A stretch of 64,000 nucleotides of DNA from Candidatus Nomurabacteria bacterium. Its GTDB lineage: Bacteria; Patescibacteriota; Minisyncoccia; Phycocordibacterales; UBA9973. The stretch spans positions 3,518 to 67,517 of the forward strand of contig JARIGS010000015.1 of NCBI GenBank assembly GCA_029288725.1, written 5' to 3'. Positions 35,898 to 45,976 of the stretch are shown piece by piece; position 1 is the first letter of the stretch; every line of letters begins with the position of its first letter. Below the pieces are notes generated by a model. The model did no database searches. It had not been told where the DNA came from and was given only the letters and a program-made list of their open reading frames with translations. The position numbers and the translations under genes are program-made.

Positions 35898-37631
35898 CTA
35901 CGATCCGTGACGGCGTTGGTGGAGTTTTTGCAGTAGTGCAAGATAGTGCAATTCCATTTCCTCATCACGCTGCTGCTTGGCCTCGTTCATCTTCATGGCA
36001 TATTCAAAGCGCAACTGTTCGAGAAATTGCGCAATGATAGTCTGAACCAGTTCCCCCATCACTTCCTCACGCTGTTCGACGGAAAATAACGCGTATTCTT
36101 TTTCTACCGCTGCCAATACGCGCTCGCGCTGCTCATCAGTGAGCGGTGTGAGCATGATTGAGCGATCGTCAAAGCGAAAGGTGCTGAGCGTTTCCATGTG
36201 ATGTGCCATGAGTTCACCGGGAAACAGTTCGCTCAAGGCAATGAAACGTTCGGTGTGACTTATAGGAAGAGCTTGCTTCGTTATGCCGGAAATCGTACCA
36301 GTAGGTGCAGGCACAGTGGCCGTTGCCATAAAGCCATTAAACTCGTCAGTGACTTCCTTGATACCAATACTGGATTCAGCCGCAATAGTATTGAGATAGA
36401 CCTGGCGCTCAACAGCAGAACTGACTCGAGCGAGAAATGGAAAGAGCCGGGTGCGCAAGGCAAGCTTGAGCTGGTGGGCGGACGTTACGGTTTTTTGAAT
36501 AGCATGCAAGGTATGAAGAATGAAGTGCTCACTGTTTTTGAGGAGCTCTTTCCAGGCTTCACTTCGCTCAGCCCCTACGCTATCGCTTCGGCCCGAGAAA
36601 AAATCAGCAGGGTCCATGCCTTCCGGCAATGCCACCACTTTTGGATTCATGCCCAGTGACAATGCCACCAAGGCTGCGCGCTCAAGTGCCTTCTGTCCGG
36701 CCGCATCCCCATCAAATGCCAAAAAGATATTTGGGGTAAGGCGAGCTAGGACTGACAGATGGGCACTAGGATCTCCCACGACGGACTCTGACACGGCCGT
36801 ACCGGACGTTGCGATGGTATTTTTAAACCCGGCCTGATGACTAAGGACCAGGTCCATCTGCCCTTCTACGAGAATGGCAAAGTTATGCTTCTTGATCGGA
36901 CCCTTGGCCTTGTCGAAACCAAAGAGCACGCGAGACTTGTGGAAGATTTCCGTCTCTGGGCTGTTGAGGTATTTTGGACTCTGTTCCCCATCCTTTGTCA
37001 CTTCCGGAAAAATACGTCCGGAAAACGCTACTACTCGCCCACTGCCATCCATCATCGGAAAGATAATGCGGCCACGAAAGCGGTCATAATACCCCTTTTC
37101 TGTTTTCTTAATCAGTCCTGCCCGCTCATAGTAACCGGCACTCGTTTCATCAAGACCACCGGCAAGCGTGCGCCACTCGATTGGTGCATAGCCGATGCGA
37201 AATTGATCAATACTTTCCTGGGTCAGTCCCCGCTTGAACAAATACTGCAATGCATCCGGTGCATGCTTGAGCACATCCTGATACTTTTTTGTTGCCGCTT
37301 CCATGGCAGCAAAAACACTGTCCGTTGGTTCAACCTTGGTATTCTGGGTCGTCATGACGATGCCGGCCCGATCAGCCAAAACCTTCAGGGTTCCCTTGAA
37401 ATCCAACCCTTCAAACTGCTGCACGAAGTTAATGACGTCACCTTTTGCCCCGCAGCCAAAGCAATAGTAAAGACCGCGTTCCGGCGAAACCGAGAACGAC
37501 GCAGTCTTTTCATTATGGAAGGGACATCGAGCCTTGAACTGAGTGCCGGATGGTTCTAGTGTAATGTAGGTCGACAGTACTTCGGTGATAGGCAATCGAT
37601 GTTTTATTTGTTCGATCAACCCGTTATCCAT
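35898..37631 (-). CDS. dnaG: DNA primase
   Basis: Zn-ribbon CPFHNEKTASFSV...YYCFGCGAKGD, TOPRIM domain (EGQMD, DGDAAG). Confidence 0.92.
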   Translation of the reverse strand: MDNGLIEQIKHRLPITEVLSTYITLEPSGTQFKARCPFHNEKTASFSVSPERGLYYCFGCGAKGDVINFVQQFEGLDFKGTLKVLADRAGIVMTTQNTKVEPTDSVFAAMEAATKKYQDVLKHAPDALQYLFKRGLTQESIDQFRIGYAPIEWRTLAGGLDETSAGYYERAGLIKKTEKGYYDRFRGRIIFPMMDGSGRVVAFSGRIFPEVTKDGEQSPKYLNSPETEIFHKSRVLFGFDKAKGPIKKHNFAILVEGQMDLVLSHQAGFKNTIATSGTAVSESVVGDPSAHLSVLARLTPNIFLAFDGDAAGQKALERAALVALSLGMNPKVVALPEGMDPADFFSGRSDSVGAERSEAWKELLKNSEHFILHTLHAIQKTVTSAHQLKLALRTRLFPFLARVSSAVERQVYLNTIAAESSIGIKEVTDEFNGFMATATVPAPTGTISGITKQALPISHTERFIALSELFPGELMAHHMETLSTFRFDDRSIMLTPLTDEQRERVLAAVEKEYALFSVEQREEVMGELVQTIIAQFLEQLRFEYAMKMNEAKQQRDEEMELHYLALLQKLHQRRHGS

Positions 37632-37636
37632 TTTCC

Positions 37637-40600
37637 CTATTCTTCGTCGTGCTTAATGTTGTTGATGTCGAGCGCACTGCGTTCGCGGAAACCGGTACCG
37701 GCAGGAATCAATCGTCCAATCGTCACGTTTTCCTTCAAGCCACGAAGGGTATCAGTACCACCCTTCACCGCATTGGCAATCAAGACACGGTTGGTGTTTT
37801 GGAATGAAGCGGCAGAGATCCAACTCTTGGCATTCAATGCAGTCTGAGTGATACCGAGAATAATCAAGGCGCCCTTCGCTTCGCGCAATCCGCGTTCACG
37901 CATCTTTGCGTTTTCTTCCATCAATTCTGTTGCTTCGATAATTTCACCCGATGAGAATGAAGTGTCACCGGCATCCTTGATTTCACGGCGTGAGAACATC
38001 TGACGAACGATGATTTCCAAGTGCTTGCGGGCAATTGATGCGCCCTGCAATTCGTACACCTTGATGATTTCACGAACGATGTAGTCTTCTGCTGCTTCAC
38101 GACCGCCGTATTCATATACTTCGTCGATATTTGCAGAACCGTCGGTCAATAGCTGACCACCGGCAACATCCTCGCCAACTTTCACAATTGGCACACGTCG
38201 TGGACCAAGAACATATTCAACACTGTCCTTCTTGGCACCACTACCCTTGGTTGAAAGCACTACGATAGTCTTTTCAGTACCGTTTTCCTTGATTTCTGCA
38301 ACCGTACCTTCGTACTTGTTAATTGCAGCAGGATTTTTCACGGCACGGCGTTCGAAGATTTCTTCGACACGAGGGAGACCCTGGGTAATGTCGACACCAG
38401 CCAAACCACCGGCGTGGAAGGTACGGAGCGTCAACTGGGTACCAGGTTCACCGATCGCCTGTGCGGCAACGATACCGACAGATTCACCCCGCTCAACAAG
38501 CTTGTTGCGACCAAGGTCAAGACCGTAACACTGACGACAGATACCGTAGATAGTCTTACATACCATTGGAGTACGAACATAGACTTCCTTCACGCCCTTC
38601 TCGTCGATCAATGCAACGTCTTCACGACTGAGCAAATGACCGCGCTTGAATAGTGTTTCGCCACCTTCGGTGACAATATCCTTTGCCACGATACGGCCGC
38701 GAATGACCTTTGCAAGTGGGATTTCAAGACCAGACACTACTTCTGCCACCATGCGCTTACCAGCCTTGGTACCGCAGTCTTCCTCAGTGATGACCACATC
38801 CTGAGCGACATCCACCAAACGACGGGTAAGGTATCCGGCACGAGCGGTGTTCAATGCCGTGTCGGCAAGACCCTTACGTGAACCGTGGGTAGTAATGAAG
38901 TATTCAAGTGGTGAAAGACCTTCCTTGAATGATGGAATGATTGGAAAATCAATCGTACGACCAGTGGTGTTCTGAATGAGACCTTTCATACCGGCCATCT
39001 GTGTCACGTTACTCATCGAGCCACGGGCACCAGAGGTAACCATGTCGTAGACTGAACCGTGCTTCTCAATGGTGTCGGGAAGAATTTTTTCGATTTCATT
39101 CTTGGCCTTGTTCCAGTTTGAGATAACCTTTTCGTAGCGTTCATCTTCTGAAAGCAACCCTTCCTCGAACTGAGCACGGATTTCTGCTTCCAATGCGCGA
39201 TACTTGGCAACAATCGCCGGCTTTTCCTTTGGCACGATCACGTTGTCGATACCCCAGGTTACGCCAGAGCGGGTTGCATACTTGTATCCGAAGTCCTTCA
39301 CGCGGTCGAGAATTGGCGCAACACGATCAACACCATACTTTGAGATCAGTGAGTCAATTACGGTTGCCATTTTCTTACCGGTCATATCCTCGTTCATGTA
39401 CTGGAAGTCACTTGGAAGAACGGCATTGAAGTAGAGACGTCCAACCGTTGTTTCAAATGGCTTACCGCCGAACTGAGCGTACTTGTCCTTCTGAGTACCA
39501 AGGACCATGATTTTCGCACGCAATGATACTGCGCCGAAGTCACTTGCCGTGATTGCCTCGTTTGGACTTGCGAAGTATGAACCTTCACCCTTGTCACCAT
39601 CGATTGCAGTGGTCATCCAGTAACAACCAAGAACGATATCCAACATCTTTGATGAAATGATCGAGTCACCGTTCTGAGGCTTGAGAATGTTCTTGTCAGC
39701 TGCAATCAGTGTTGCTGCTTCATGCTGTGCTTCAGCTGAGAGCGGAAGGTAGAGACCCATTTGGTCACCGTCGAAGTCAGCGTTGAACGCAGGACAGACG
39801 AGTGGGTGGACCTTGATGGCATTACCTTCAACCAAGACTGGCATGAATGCCTGAATACCGAGACGGTGCAGGGTCGGTGCACGGTTGAGCATCACGTACT
39901 TGCCCTTGATCACCTCTTCAAGAATTGCCCACACTTCCGGAATACCGTCCTCGATGAGCTTGTTCGCTCCGCGAATGTTGTATGCCAATTCACGCTCAAT
40001 GATCTTTGAGATCACAAACGGACGGAAGATTTCAAGTGCCATGTGCTTTGGCACACCACACTGGTTAAGCTTAAGGTTAGGACCGACGACGATCACGGAA
40101 CGAGCTGAGTAGTCAACACGCTTACCGAGAAGGTTCTGACGGAACAGACCCTGCTTTGACTTCAAGTTGTCAGACAATGACTTCAATGCACGACGCTGTG
40201 CCTGACTCATTGCAGGACTGTCCTGTCCAGCAATTGAGTTGTCGATCAATGCGTCAACTGCTTCCTGCAAGATACGCTTTTCATTACGCAAGATCACGTC
40301 AGGCGCACCGATTTCCTTCAACTTCTTCAAACGGTTGTTACGGTTGATCACGCGACGGTAAAGGTCGTTGATGTCAGACGTTGCATGACGGCCACCTTCA
40401 AGTGCCACCATTGGACGAATTGCTGGAGGAATAACCGGGATAACAGTGAGGAACATCCATTCAGGACGAATGTTGGCATAGATCATGCCGCGCACAAGTG
40501 AGAGACGCTTGTTGAGCTTCTCACGTTCTGCCGCACCAGCCTTTTCAAGCATCTTTTCAGTGTGCTCCTTGACCTTCACGAGATCCATATCCTTAAAGAG

Positions 40601-41260
40601 CTGGTAGATTGGCTCAGCACCAACACCGGCTTCAAAGGCAGAACCGTATTTCAATGAGTAGTGGTGGTAAGAGATTTCATTCAACACCTTACCGATGCGG
40701 ATTTCCGCAATTTCCTTCTTGGTATTTGCAAGCAGGGTGCGAAGCTTCTCACGAGTCTCTTCGTCAGCGGCGCCTTTCAACTTGTTCTTGAATTCTGCAT
40801 CAAGGTCGGCAACGATGCGCTCGCGCTCGTCCTCGTGGACAGTGGTAATGATGTAGCCAGCAAAGTAGACAACCTTTTCAAGATCGGTCAGAGACACATT
40901 CAAGAGGATGCTCATGCGTGATGGCACGCCGCGGAGGAACCAAATGTGAGCAACTGGTGATGCCAATTCGATGTGACCCATGCGTTCACGACGAACGATG
41001 GCCTGAGTGACTTCCACGCCACATTTTTCACAGACAATGCCTGCGTAACGGATGCGCTTGTACTTACCACAGTAACATTCATAGTCCTTTTCCGGACCGA
41101 AGATGCGCTCGTCAAAAAGACCGCCGCGCTCACTGCGTCCAGTACGATAGTTGATGGTTTCCGGCTTGGTAACCTCGCCGAAAGACCATTCGCGAATGCG
41201 ATCTGGACTAGCAAGCTTGAGGGAGATTTGATCAAAGTTTGTTGTATCGAGTGTTTTCAT
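37637..41260 (-). CDS. rpoC: DNA-directed RNA polymerase subunit beta'
   Basis: NADFDGDQM catalytic motif, Zn-binding Cys cluster near N-terminus. 1207 aa. Confidence 0.97.
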   Translation of the reverse strand: MKTLDTTNFDQISLKLASPDRIREWSFGEVTKPETINYRTGRSERGGLFDERIFGPEKDYECYCGKYKRIRYAGIVCEKCGVEVTQAIVRRERMGHIELASPVAHIWFLRGVPSRMSILLNVSLTDLEKVVYFAGYIITTVHEDERERIVADLDAEFKNKLKGAADEETREKLRTLLANTKKEIAEIRIGKVLNEISYHHYSLKYGSAFEAGVGAEPIYQLFKDMDLVKVKEHTEKMLEKAGAAEREKLNKRLSLVRGMIYANIRPEWMFLTVIPVIPPAIRPMVALEGGRHATSDINDLYRRVINRNNRLKKLKEIGAPDVILRNEKRILQEAVDALIDNSIAGQDSPAMSQAQRRALKSLSDNLKSKQGLFRQNLLGKRVDYSARSVIVVGPNLKLNQCGVPKHMALEIFRPFVISKIIERELAYNIRGANKLIEDGIPEVWAILEEVIKGKYVMLNRAPTLHRLGIQAFMPVLVEGNAIKVHPLVCPAFNADFDGDQMGLYLPLSAEAQHEAATLIAADKNILKPQNGDSIISSKMLDIVLGCYWMTTAIDGDKGEGSYFASPNEAITASDFGAVSLRAKIMVLGTQKDKYAQFGGKPFETTVGRLYFNAVLPSDFQYMNEDMTGKKMATVIDSLISKYGVDRVAPILDRVKDFGYKYATRSGVTWGIDNVIVPKEKPAIVAKYRALEAEIRAQFEEGLLSEDERYEKVISNWNKAKNEIEKILPDTIEKHGSVYDMVTSGARGSMSNVTQMAGMKGLIQNTTGRTIDFPIIPSFKEGLSPLEYFITTHGSRKGLADTALNTARAGYLTRRLVDVAQDVVITEEDCGTKAGKRMVAEVVSGLEIPLAKVIRGRIVAKDIVTEGGETLFKRGHLLSREDVALIDEKGVKEVYVRTPMVCKTIYGICRQCYGLDLGRNKLVERGESVGIVAAQAIGEPGTQLTLRTFHAGGLAGVDITQGLPRVEEIFERRAVKNPAAINKYEGTVAEIKENGTEKTIVVLSTKGSGAKKDSVEYVLGPRRVPIVKVGEDVAGGQLLTDGSANIDEVYEYGGREAAEDYIVREIIKVYELQGASIARKHLEIIVRQMFSRREIKDAGDTSFSSGEIIEATELMEENAKMRERGLREAKGALIILGITQTALNAKSWISAASFQNTNRVLIANAVKGGTDTLRGLKENVTIGRLIPAGTGFRERSALDINNIKHDEE

Positions 41261-41284
41261 AATAGTGAGTGATTAGCGAAGAGA

Positions 41285-44200
41285 TTAATTGTTTTCTGCT
41301 TCTTCTTCAAATGGTACGACCTGTGCGTTCTTGAGCTCAACATCGAGGGACAATCCGCGAAGATAGTTCAACATCACCGAGAATGAGGCCGGCACGTTTG
41401 GTTCGCCGATCGGCTCATTCTTGATAATGGCATCAAATGTCGCGGCACGTCCCTTGATATCGTCGGACTTGATCGTGAGCATTTCACGAAGGGTGTGTGA
41501 GGCACCGTATCCTTCCAATGCCCAGACCTCCATTTCACCGAAACGCTGACCTCCACCCTGTGCCTTACCACCAAGCGGCTGCTGGGTAATGAGACTGTAT
41601 GGACCGATTGAACGCATGTGAATCTTGTCTTCGACCATGTGGTGCAGCTTGAGGATGTACATGTATCCCACAGCAATGTCCTGTTCGAACTTTTCACCGG
41701 TGCGTCCATCAAAGAGCGGTACGCGACCGTTTTCCGGTAAGCCGGCTTTCACTAACTCTTCCTTGATTTCATTGTCAGTTGCCCCTGAGAATGGTGGCAC
41801 GATTGCCTGGTAGCCAAGCTCGTTTGCAGCCATACCCAAGTGAAGCTCGAGAATCTGTCCGAGGTTCATACGTGACGGCACACCAAGCGGTGTAAGCACC
41901 ACGTCAACCGGACGACCGTCTGCCATGTATGGCATGTCTTCCTCTGGCAAGACCACTGAGATCACACCCTTGTTTCCGTGACGACCAGCAAGCTTGTCGC
42001 CGACTGAAATGTTACGGAGCTGTGCAACCTCGATCACGATCTTCTTGATCACGCCCGATTCAAGCGTGTGTCCCTGATCGCGAGAGAAGATCTTCACGCG
42101 AATGATACGACCCTTCTTGCCGTGATCCATCTTTAATGATGTGTCCTTCACGTCACGAGCCTTTTCAGCAAAGATACTGCGGAGGAGGCGTTCTTCCGGA
42201 GTAAGTTCGGTTTCGCCCTTTGGCGTAATCTTACCGACGAGAATGTCGCCCTCCTTCACTTCCGCACCAACGCGAATGATACCGTCCTCATCAAGGTCCT
42301 TGAGGCGAGCTTCACCGACATTTGGAATGTCACGAGTGGTCACTTCTGGACCAAGCTTGGTGTCGCGCACGACACAGGTGAATTCAGCAATATAGATAGA
42401 GGTGAACTTTGAATTCTTGATCAATCGCTCTGAAAGGATGATCGCGTCCTCGAAGTTTGCACCGTTCCAACTCATGAATGCGACGAACATGTTCTGACCG
42501 AGAGCAATCTGTCCGTGATCAGTCGTAGAGGTGTCGGCAAGCAATTCGCCCTTCTTGACCTTCTGGCCAAGTGACACAACTGGACGCTGGTGGAATGCGT
42601 TGAAGTTGTTGTTACGCTGGAATGTCACCAATGGGTAAGTCTGTTCTTTGTTCTTGTCATTCTTCACCACGATCTTCGAAGCATCAACGTGAGTGACTTC
42701 ACCAGCTTCATATGCCTGCACGAGGCGACCTGAATATGGTGCGGCATCCTGTTCAACACCGGTTGCCACCAATGGTGCTTCTGGAGCGATCAATGGCACG
42801 GCCTGACGCTGCATGTTACTTCCCATCAATGCACGGTTCGCATCATTGTGTTCCACAAATGGAATCATTGAAGTACCGACAGAGAATGCCTGGTTTGGTG
42901 CGACATCGATGTAGTCGACTTGATCCTTTGGCACAATGCCCGGACTGGTACGAATACGAGCTTCGACCTCGTTTGGAAGGTTACCCTTGTCATCATATTT
43001 GGTACTGCCGTGGGCAATAGTGCACTTTTCTTCTTCTGCTGCGTTCAAGTATTCAACCTCACCGGTGATCTTACCGTTCTTCACTTTCACATATGGAGTC
43101 TCAATCACGCCGAATGCATTGACGCGCGCGTAGATAGAAAGACGAAGAATCAAACCGATGTTTGGACCTTCCGGAGTTTGAATAGGACAAACGCGACCAT
43201 AGTGAGATGGGTGCACGTCACGAACTTCAAGCGTTGCACGTTCACGAGTCAAACCGCCGGGACCAAGCGCAGAAAGGGTGCGGAGTTCCTCAATTTCAGA
43301 CAAGACGTTTTCCTGCTGCATGAACTGTGAGAGCTGGTTGGTCGTAAAGAATTCCTTGATACGAGCCTGCAACGGACGCTGATTCACGACCTGGATTGGC
43401 AATGCATTTGAAGCATCAATGGTAGACATGCGGTCCTGCACGTTACGCTTGATCTGAGTCAAACCAACATAAATTTTCTGCTGGAGCATTTCACCGACGA
43501 AACGAACGCGGCGAGAACTGAGGTTGTCGATATCGTCAGCGTGTGAACCTGGAGTACTGTTGAGTTCGATGATGTTGTTGACGATGATAGCAAGATCAGC
43601 GACGGAAAGGGTCTTACGTTCCATTTCCTTGTCACCCATGTCGAGACCAAAGCGCTTGTTGAAGCGGAAGCGACCGACTGATGAAAGGTCATAGCGCTCT
43701 TCTGAGAAGAGGTTGTTAACGAAGTCACGGGCATTGTCAGCCGTTGCCAAATCACCGTCGCGAAGCTTACGGTAGATTTCAACAAAGGCGGTCTCAGGGG
43801 TCTTTGCAGTATCCTTCTCAATGGCATGGGCCATGACCTTCTGGGCAATCTCACCCTTGAAGTGCTTGAGGATGTCAGCGTCAGTAGTAAGACCAAGAGC
43901 GCGAAGCAATGATACGACAGGGAATTTCTTCTTCTTGTCGATACGAACATAGACAGTACCGTCAGGGTCTGATTCGATTTCAATCCAGACACCACGGTTT
44001 GGAATGATCTTTGCGCCAAAGTAGCGCTTGCCCTTTACTTCGAGTTCGGTAAAGAACACGCCGCTTGAGCGAGAAAGCTGAGGAATGATTGAGCGTTCAA
44101 CACCATTGATGATGAAGGTGCCGTGCGGAGTCATAACCGGAAGGTCGGCCATGAAAATTTCCTGTTCCTTTTCAGAACCGGTTTGCTTGTTGGTCAGTTT

Positions 44201-44488
44201 TACCCGAGCCTTGATTTGTGTTTCGAGAGAAAGCTTGTTTTCCTTGCAGTAGTGCTCGTCGAACTTTGGTTCAACGAGATGGAATGACACGAAGTCCAAC
44301 TGGAACTTCTTGCCTGAGTAGTCATTGATAGGAGTGAATTCCTTGAAGGTTTCCTTCAGCCCCTTTTCAACCAACCAGTTGAATGAGTCAAGCTGATGCT
44401 GAATGAGGTTAGGAAATTCTACTAATGGTTTTTTATATTTCGAAAAGTACTTTTTTGGACGCTGGTCCGTAGATTTGGTTTTACTCAT
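41285..44488 (-). CDS. rpoB: DNA-directed RNA polymerase subunit beta
   Basis: Conserved beta-subunit blocks (e.g. GGQRFGEMEVWALEAYGA-like GGQRFGEMEVWALEGYGASHTL). 1067 aa. Confidence 0.97.
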   Translation of the reverse strand: MSKTKSTDQRPKKYFSKYKKPLVEFPNLIQHQLDSFNWLVEKGLKETFKEFTPINDYSGKKFQLDFVSFHLVEPKFDEHYCKENKLSLETQIKARVKLTNKQTGSEKEQEIFMADLPVMTPHGTFIINGVERSIIPQLSRSSGVFFTELEVKGKRYFGAKIIPNRGVWIEIESDPDGTVYVRIDKKKKFPVVSLLRALGLTTDADILKHFKGEIAQKVMAHAIEKDTAKTPETAFVEIYRKLRDGDLATADNARDFVNNLFSEERYDLSSVGRFRFNKRFGLDMGDKEMERKTLSVADLAIIVNNIIELNSTPGSHADDIDNLSSRRVRFVGEMLQQKIYVGLTQIKRNVQDRMSTIDASNALPIQVVNQRPLQARIKEFFTTNQLSQFMQQENVLSEIEELRTLSALGPGGLTRERATLEVRDVHPSHYGRVCPIQTPEGPNIGLILRLSIYARVNAFGVIETPYVKVKNGKITGEVEYLNAAEEEKCTIAHGSTKYDDKGNLPNEVEARIRTSPGIVPKDQVDYIDVAPNQAFSVGTSMIPFVEHNDANRALMGSNMQRQAVPLIAPEAPLVATGVEQDAAPYSGRLVQAYEAGEVTHVDASKIVVKNDKNKEQTYPLVTFQRNNNFNAFHQRPVVSLGQKVKKGELLADTSTTDHGQIALGQNMFVAFMSWNGANFEDAIILSERLIKNSKFTSIYIAEFTCVVRDTKLGPEVTTRDIPNVGEARLKDLDEDGIIRVGAEVKEGDILVGKITPKGETELTPEERLLRSIFAEKARDVKDTSLKMDHGKKGRIIRVKIFSRDQGHTLESGVIKKIVIEVAQLRNISVGDKLAGRHGNKGVISVVLPEEDMPYMADGRPVDVVLTPLGVPSRMNLGQILELHLGMAANELGYQAIVPPFSGATDNEIKEELVKAGLPENGRVPLFDGRTGEKFEQDIAVGYMYILKLHHMVEDKIHMRSIGPYSLITQQPLGGKAQGGGQRFGEMEVWALEGYGASHTLREMLTIKSDDIKGRAATFDAIIKNEPIGEPNVPASFSVMLNYLRGLSLDVELKNAQVVPFEEEAENN

Positions 44489-44594
44489 TTAACGAAAAAA
44501 TGCCTCGCGGGCCTTCCCGGGGGCGTTAACTTAAAAAATACTACTAATTTACAGGCTTTTCTCTCGTAACCCTTCCTCAATCTGTAAGGTCTAA

Positions 44595-44623
44595 AGTATA
44601 TGCAAAAATTGATGTTTTGTCAA
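44595..44623 (-). promoter_or_regulatory. Near-consensus sigma70 promoter TTGACA-N17-TATACT for rpoBC
   Basis: -35 = revcomp of 44618-44623, -10 = revcomp of 44595-44600. About 100-nt leader ending in GC-rich segment plus T6 immediately before ATG. Confidence 0.55.
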
Positions 44624-44679
44624 TCCTGTTTTAGGACCCCTATGATCTTTAAATATTCTTGAGGGGTAAAAAGGTATGA

Positions 44680-45126
44680 TTGGAAACTGTGGATCAGGAT
44701 ACGTATGAAAACATTGAAAAAATTAGAGGCATTATTGCCGCATATTATGATCTGCCTAATGGCTATAAGATAGAAAACCCGGACGAACTGTTGGCATTAT
44801 TTGCTATCAATAATCATCTCCATCCACACAATGGCCTTATTGTTTATATTTCTCGAAGATCTTTGAAGCATTTTGTAGAAAGAAGAAAGGAAGAGCTACT
44901 TAAAAATAATAATCGTGATCGATCATTGGCGTTCATGTGTTTTATTGTTGAAAATATTCAGGCTACAATTTTAGAATTTGATTCCTGCACAAAAGAAATC
45001 ACGGGTAAATGTTTTTATAAGAAAAGGTATCCTATTAGTTCTAAGCGTCAACGTAGCATACGGATAGTACTTGAAATCAAGGAGAGCAGATTGGAAATAA
45101 TATCGATACATTTGAGAAAAAATTAA
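44680..45126 (+). CDS. Hypothetical protein, low-GC orphan, TTG start
   Basis: 148-aa ORF. In-frame stop 3 nt upstream forces TTG start. GAGGGG/AAGG SD-like sequence upstream. AT-rich. Strong terminator follows. Confidence 0.45.
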   Translation: METVDQDTYENIEKIRGIIAAYYDLPNGYKIENPDELLALFAINNHLHPHNGLIVYISRRSLKHFVERRKEELLKNNNRDRSLAFMCFIVENIQATILEFDSCTKEITGKCFYKKRYPISSKRQRSIRIVLEIKESRLEIISIHLRKN

Positions 45127-45152
45127 AAATACCACCCTGGGGTGGTATTTTT
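45125..45152. terminator. Bidirectional intrinsic terminator
   Basis: Hairpin ataccacc-ctgg-ggtggtat flanked by A5/T5. Confidence 0.75.
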
Positions 45153-45292
45153 AATCATAGCTTGGGGCGACGGCGGTTACTCAAAAGTAATGTTTCGCCC
45201 ATGAGTACATTGTGAAATGTCCGCAGCAAGCCGATAGAATTTTCTGTCGTCAAGCTATATAGCCATAATAACAAAATCGGTCGGAAATGCAA

Positions 45293-45976
45293 CTATCTTT
45301 TCTGGCCTTTGCGCCATTCCTCAATTTTTTTGTGATCACCAGAAACGAGCACTGGTGGGACTTTGTGCGACTTCCCTTTTTGGGCAGGTTTTGTTTTGGT
45401 TGCCTTGGTAGCCTTAGGCCATTCCAAAATTTCAGGACGGGTAAATACACGAGGACTGGCCGTGCGCTGTTCTTCAATAGACGCCCGATCGCCAAGCACA
45501 CCAGGAATTTGGCGGCAGATTGCATCAGTCATGACGAGTGCGGGCAGTTCCCCGCCGGTCAGGACGAAATCTCCGACGGAGATTTCGTCCGCCTTCAAAA
45601 TCTTTCGCACCCGATCGTCCACTCCTTCATACCGTCCACAGATAAATACGACATCGCTATAGTGCTTTGCCCATTTGGCAGCCATGGCATTGTTAAACGG
45701 CTTGCCTGACGGTGACAGCATCACTACTTTGGTTTTGGACTTAGGGCTAAATTTTAATTTTGCATACGCCCGAAGAATTGGCTCCGGTGTCATGACCATG
45801 CCAGGACCACCACCATACGGACGCTCATCCACCTTCTTATGCTTATCAAGCGTATAGTCGCGAATGTTCTTCACCTCAAAAGCAACCAGCTTCTTGTCGC
45901 TGGCTCGTTTGAGCATTGCTTCACCAAGATAACTTTCGATCATCTCAGGAAATATCGTAAGGAAGTGAAATTTCAT
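45293..45976 (-). CDS. trmD: tRNA (guanine37-N1)-methyltransferase
   Basis: MKFHFLTIFPEM...RPYGGGPGMVM SPOUT/TrmD signature. 227 aa. Confidence 0.93.
   Translation of the reverse strand: MKFHFLTIFPEMIESYLGEAMLKRASDKKLVAFEVKNIRDYTLDKHKKVDERPYGGGPGMVMTPEPILRAYAKLKFSPKSKTKVVMLSPSGKPFNNAMAAKWAKHYSDVVFICGRYEGVDDRVRKILKADEISVGDFVLTGGELPALVMTDAICRQIPGVLGDRASIEEQRTASPRVFTRPEILEWPKATKATKTKPAQKGKSHKVPPVLVSGDHKKIEEWRKGQKR

Noticed and set aside
45156-45292. Possible structured RNA downstream of trmD (nested stems gggcga...tcgccc with inner ttact-caaa-agtaa)
   Set aside because: Short, no promoter found, and adjacent to a strong bidirectional terminator. Most simply the trmD 3'UTR. Not enough evidence for a separate ncRNA.
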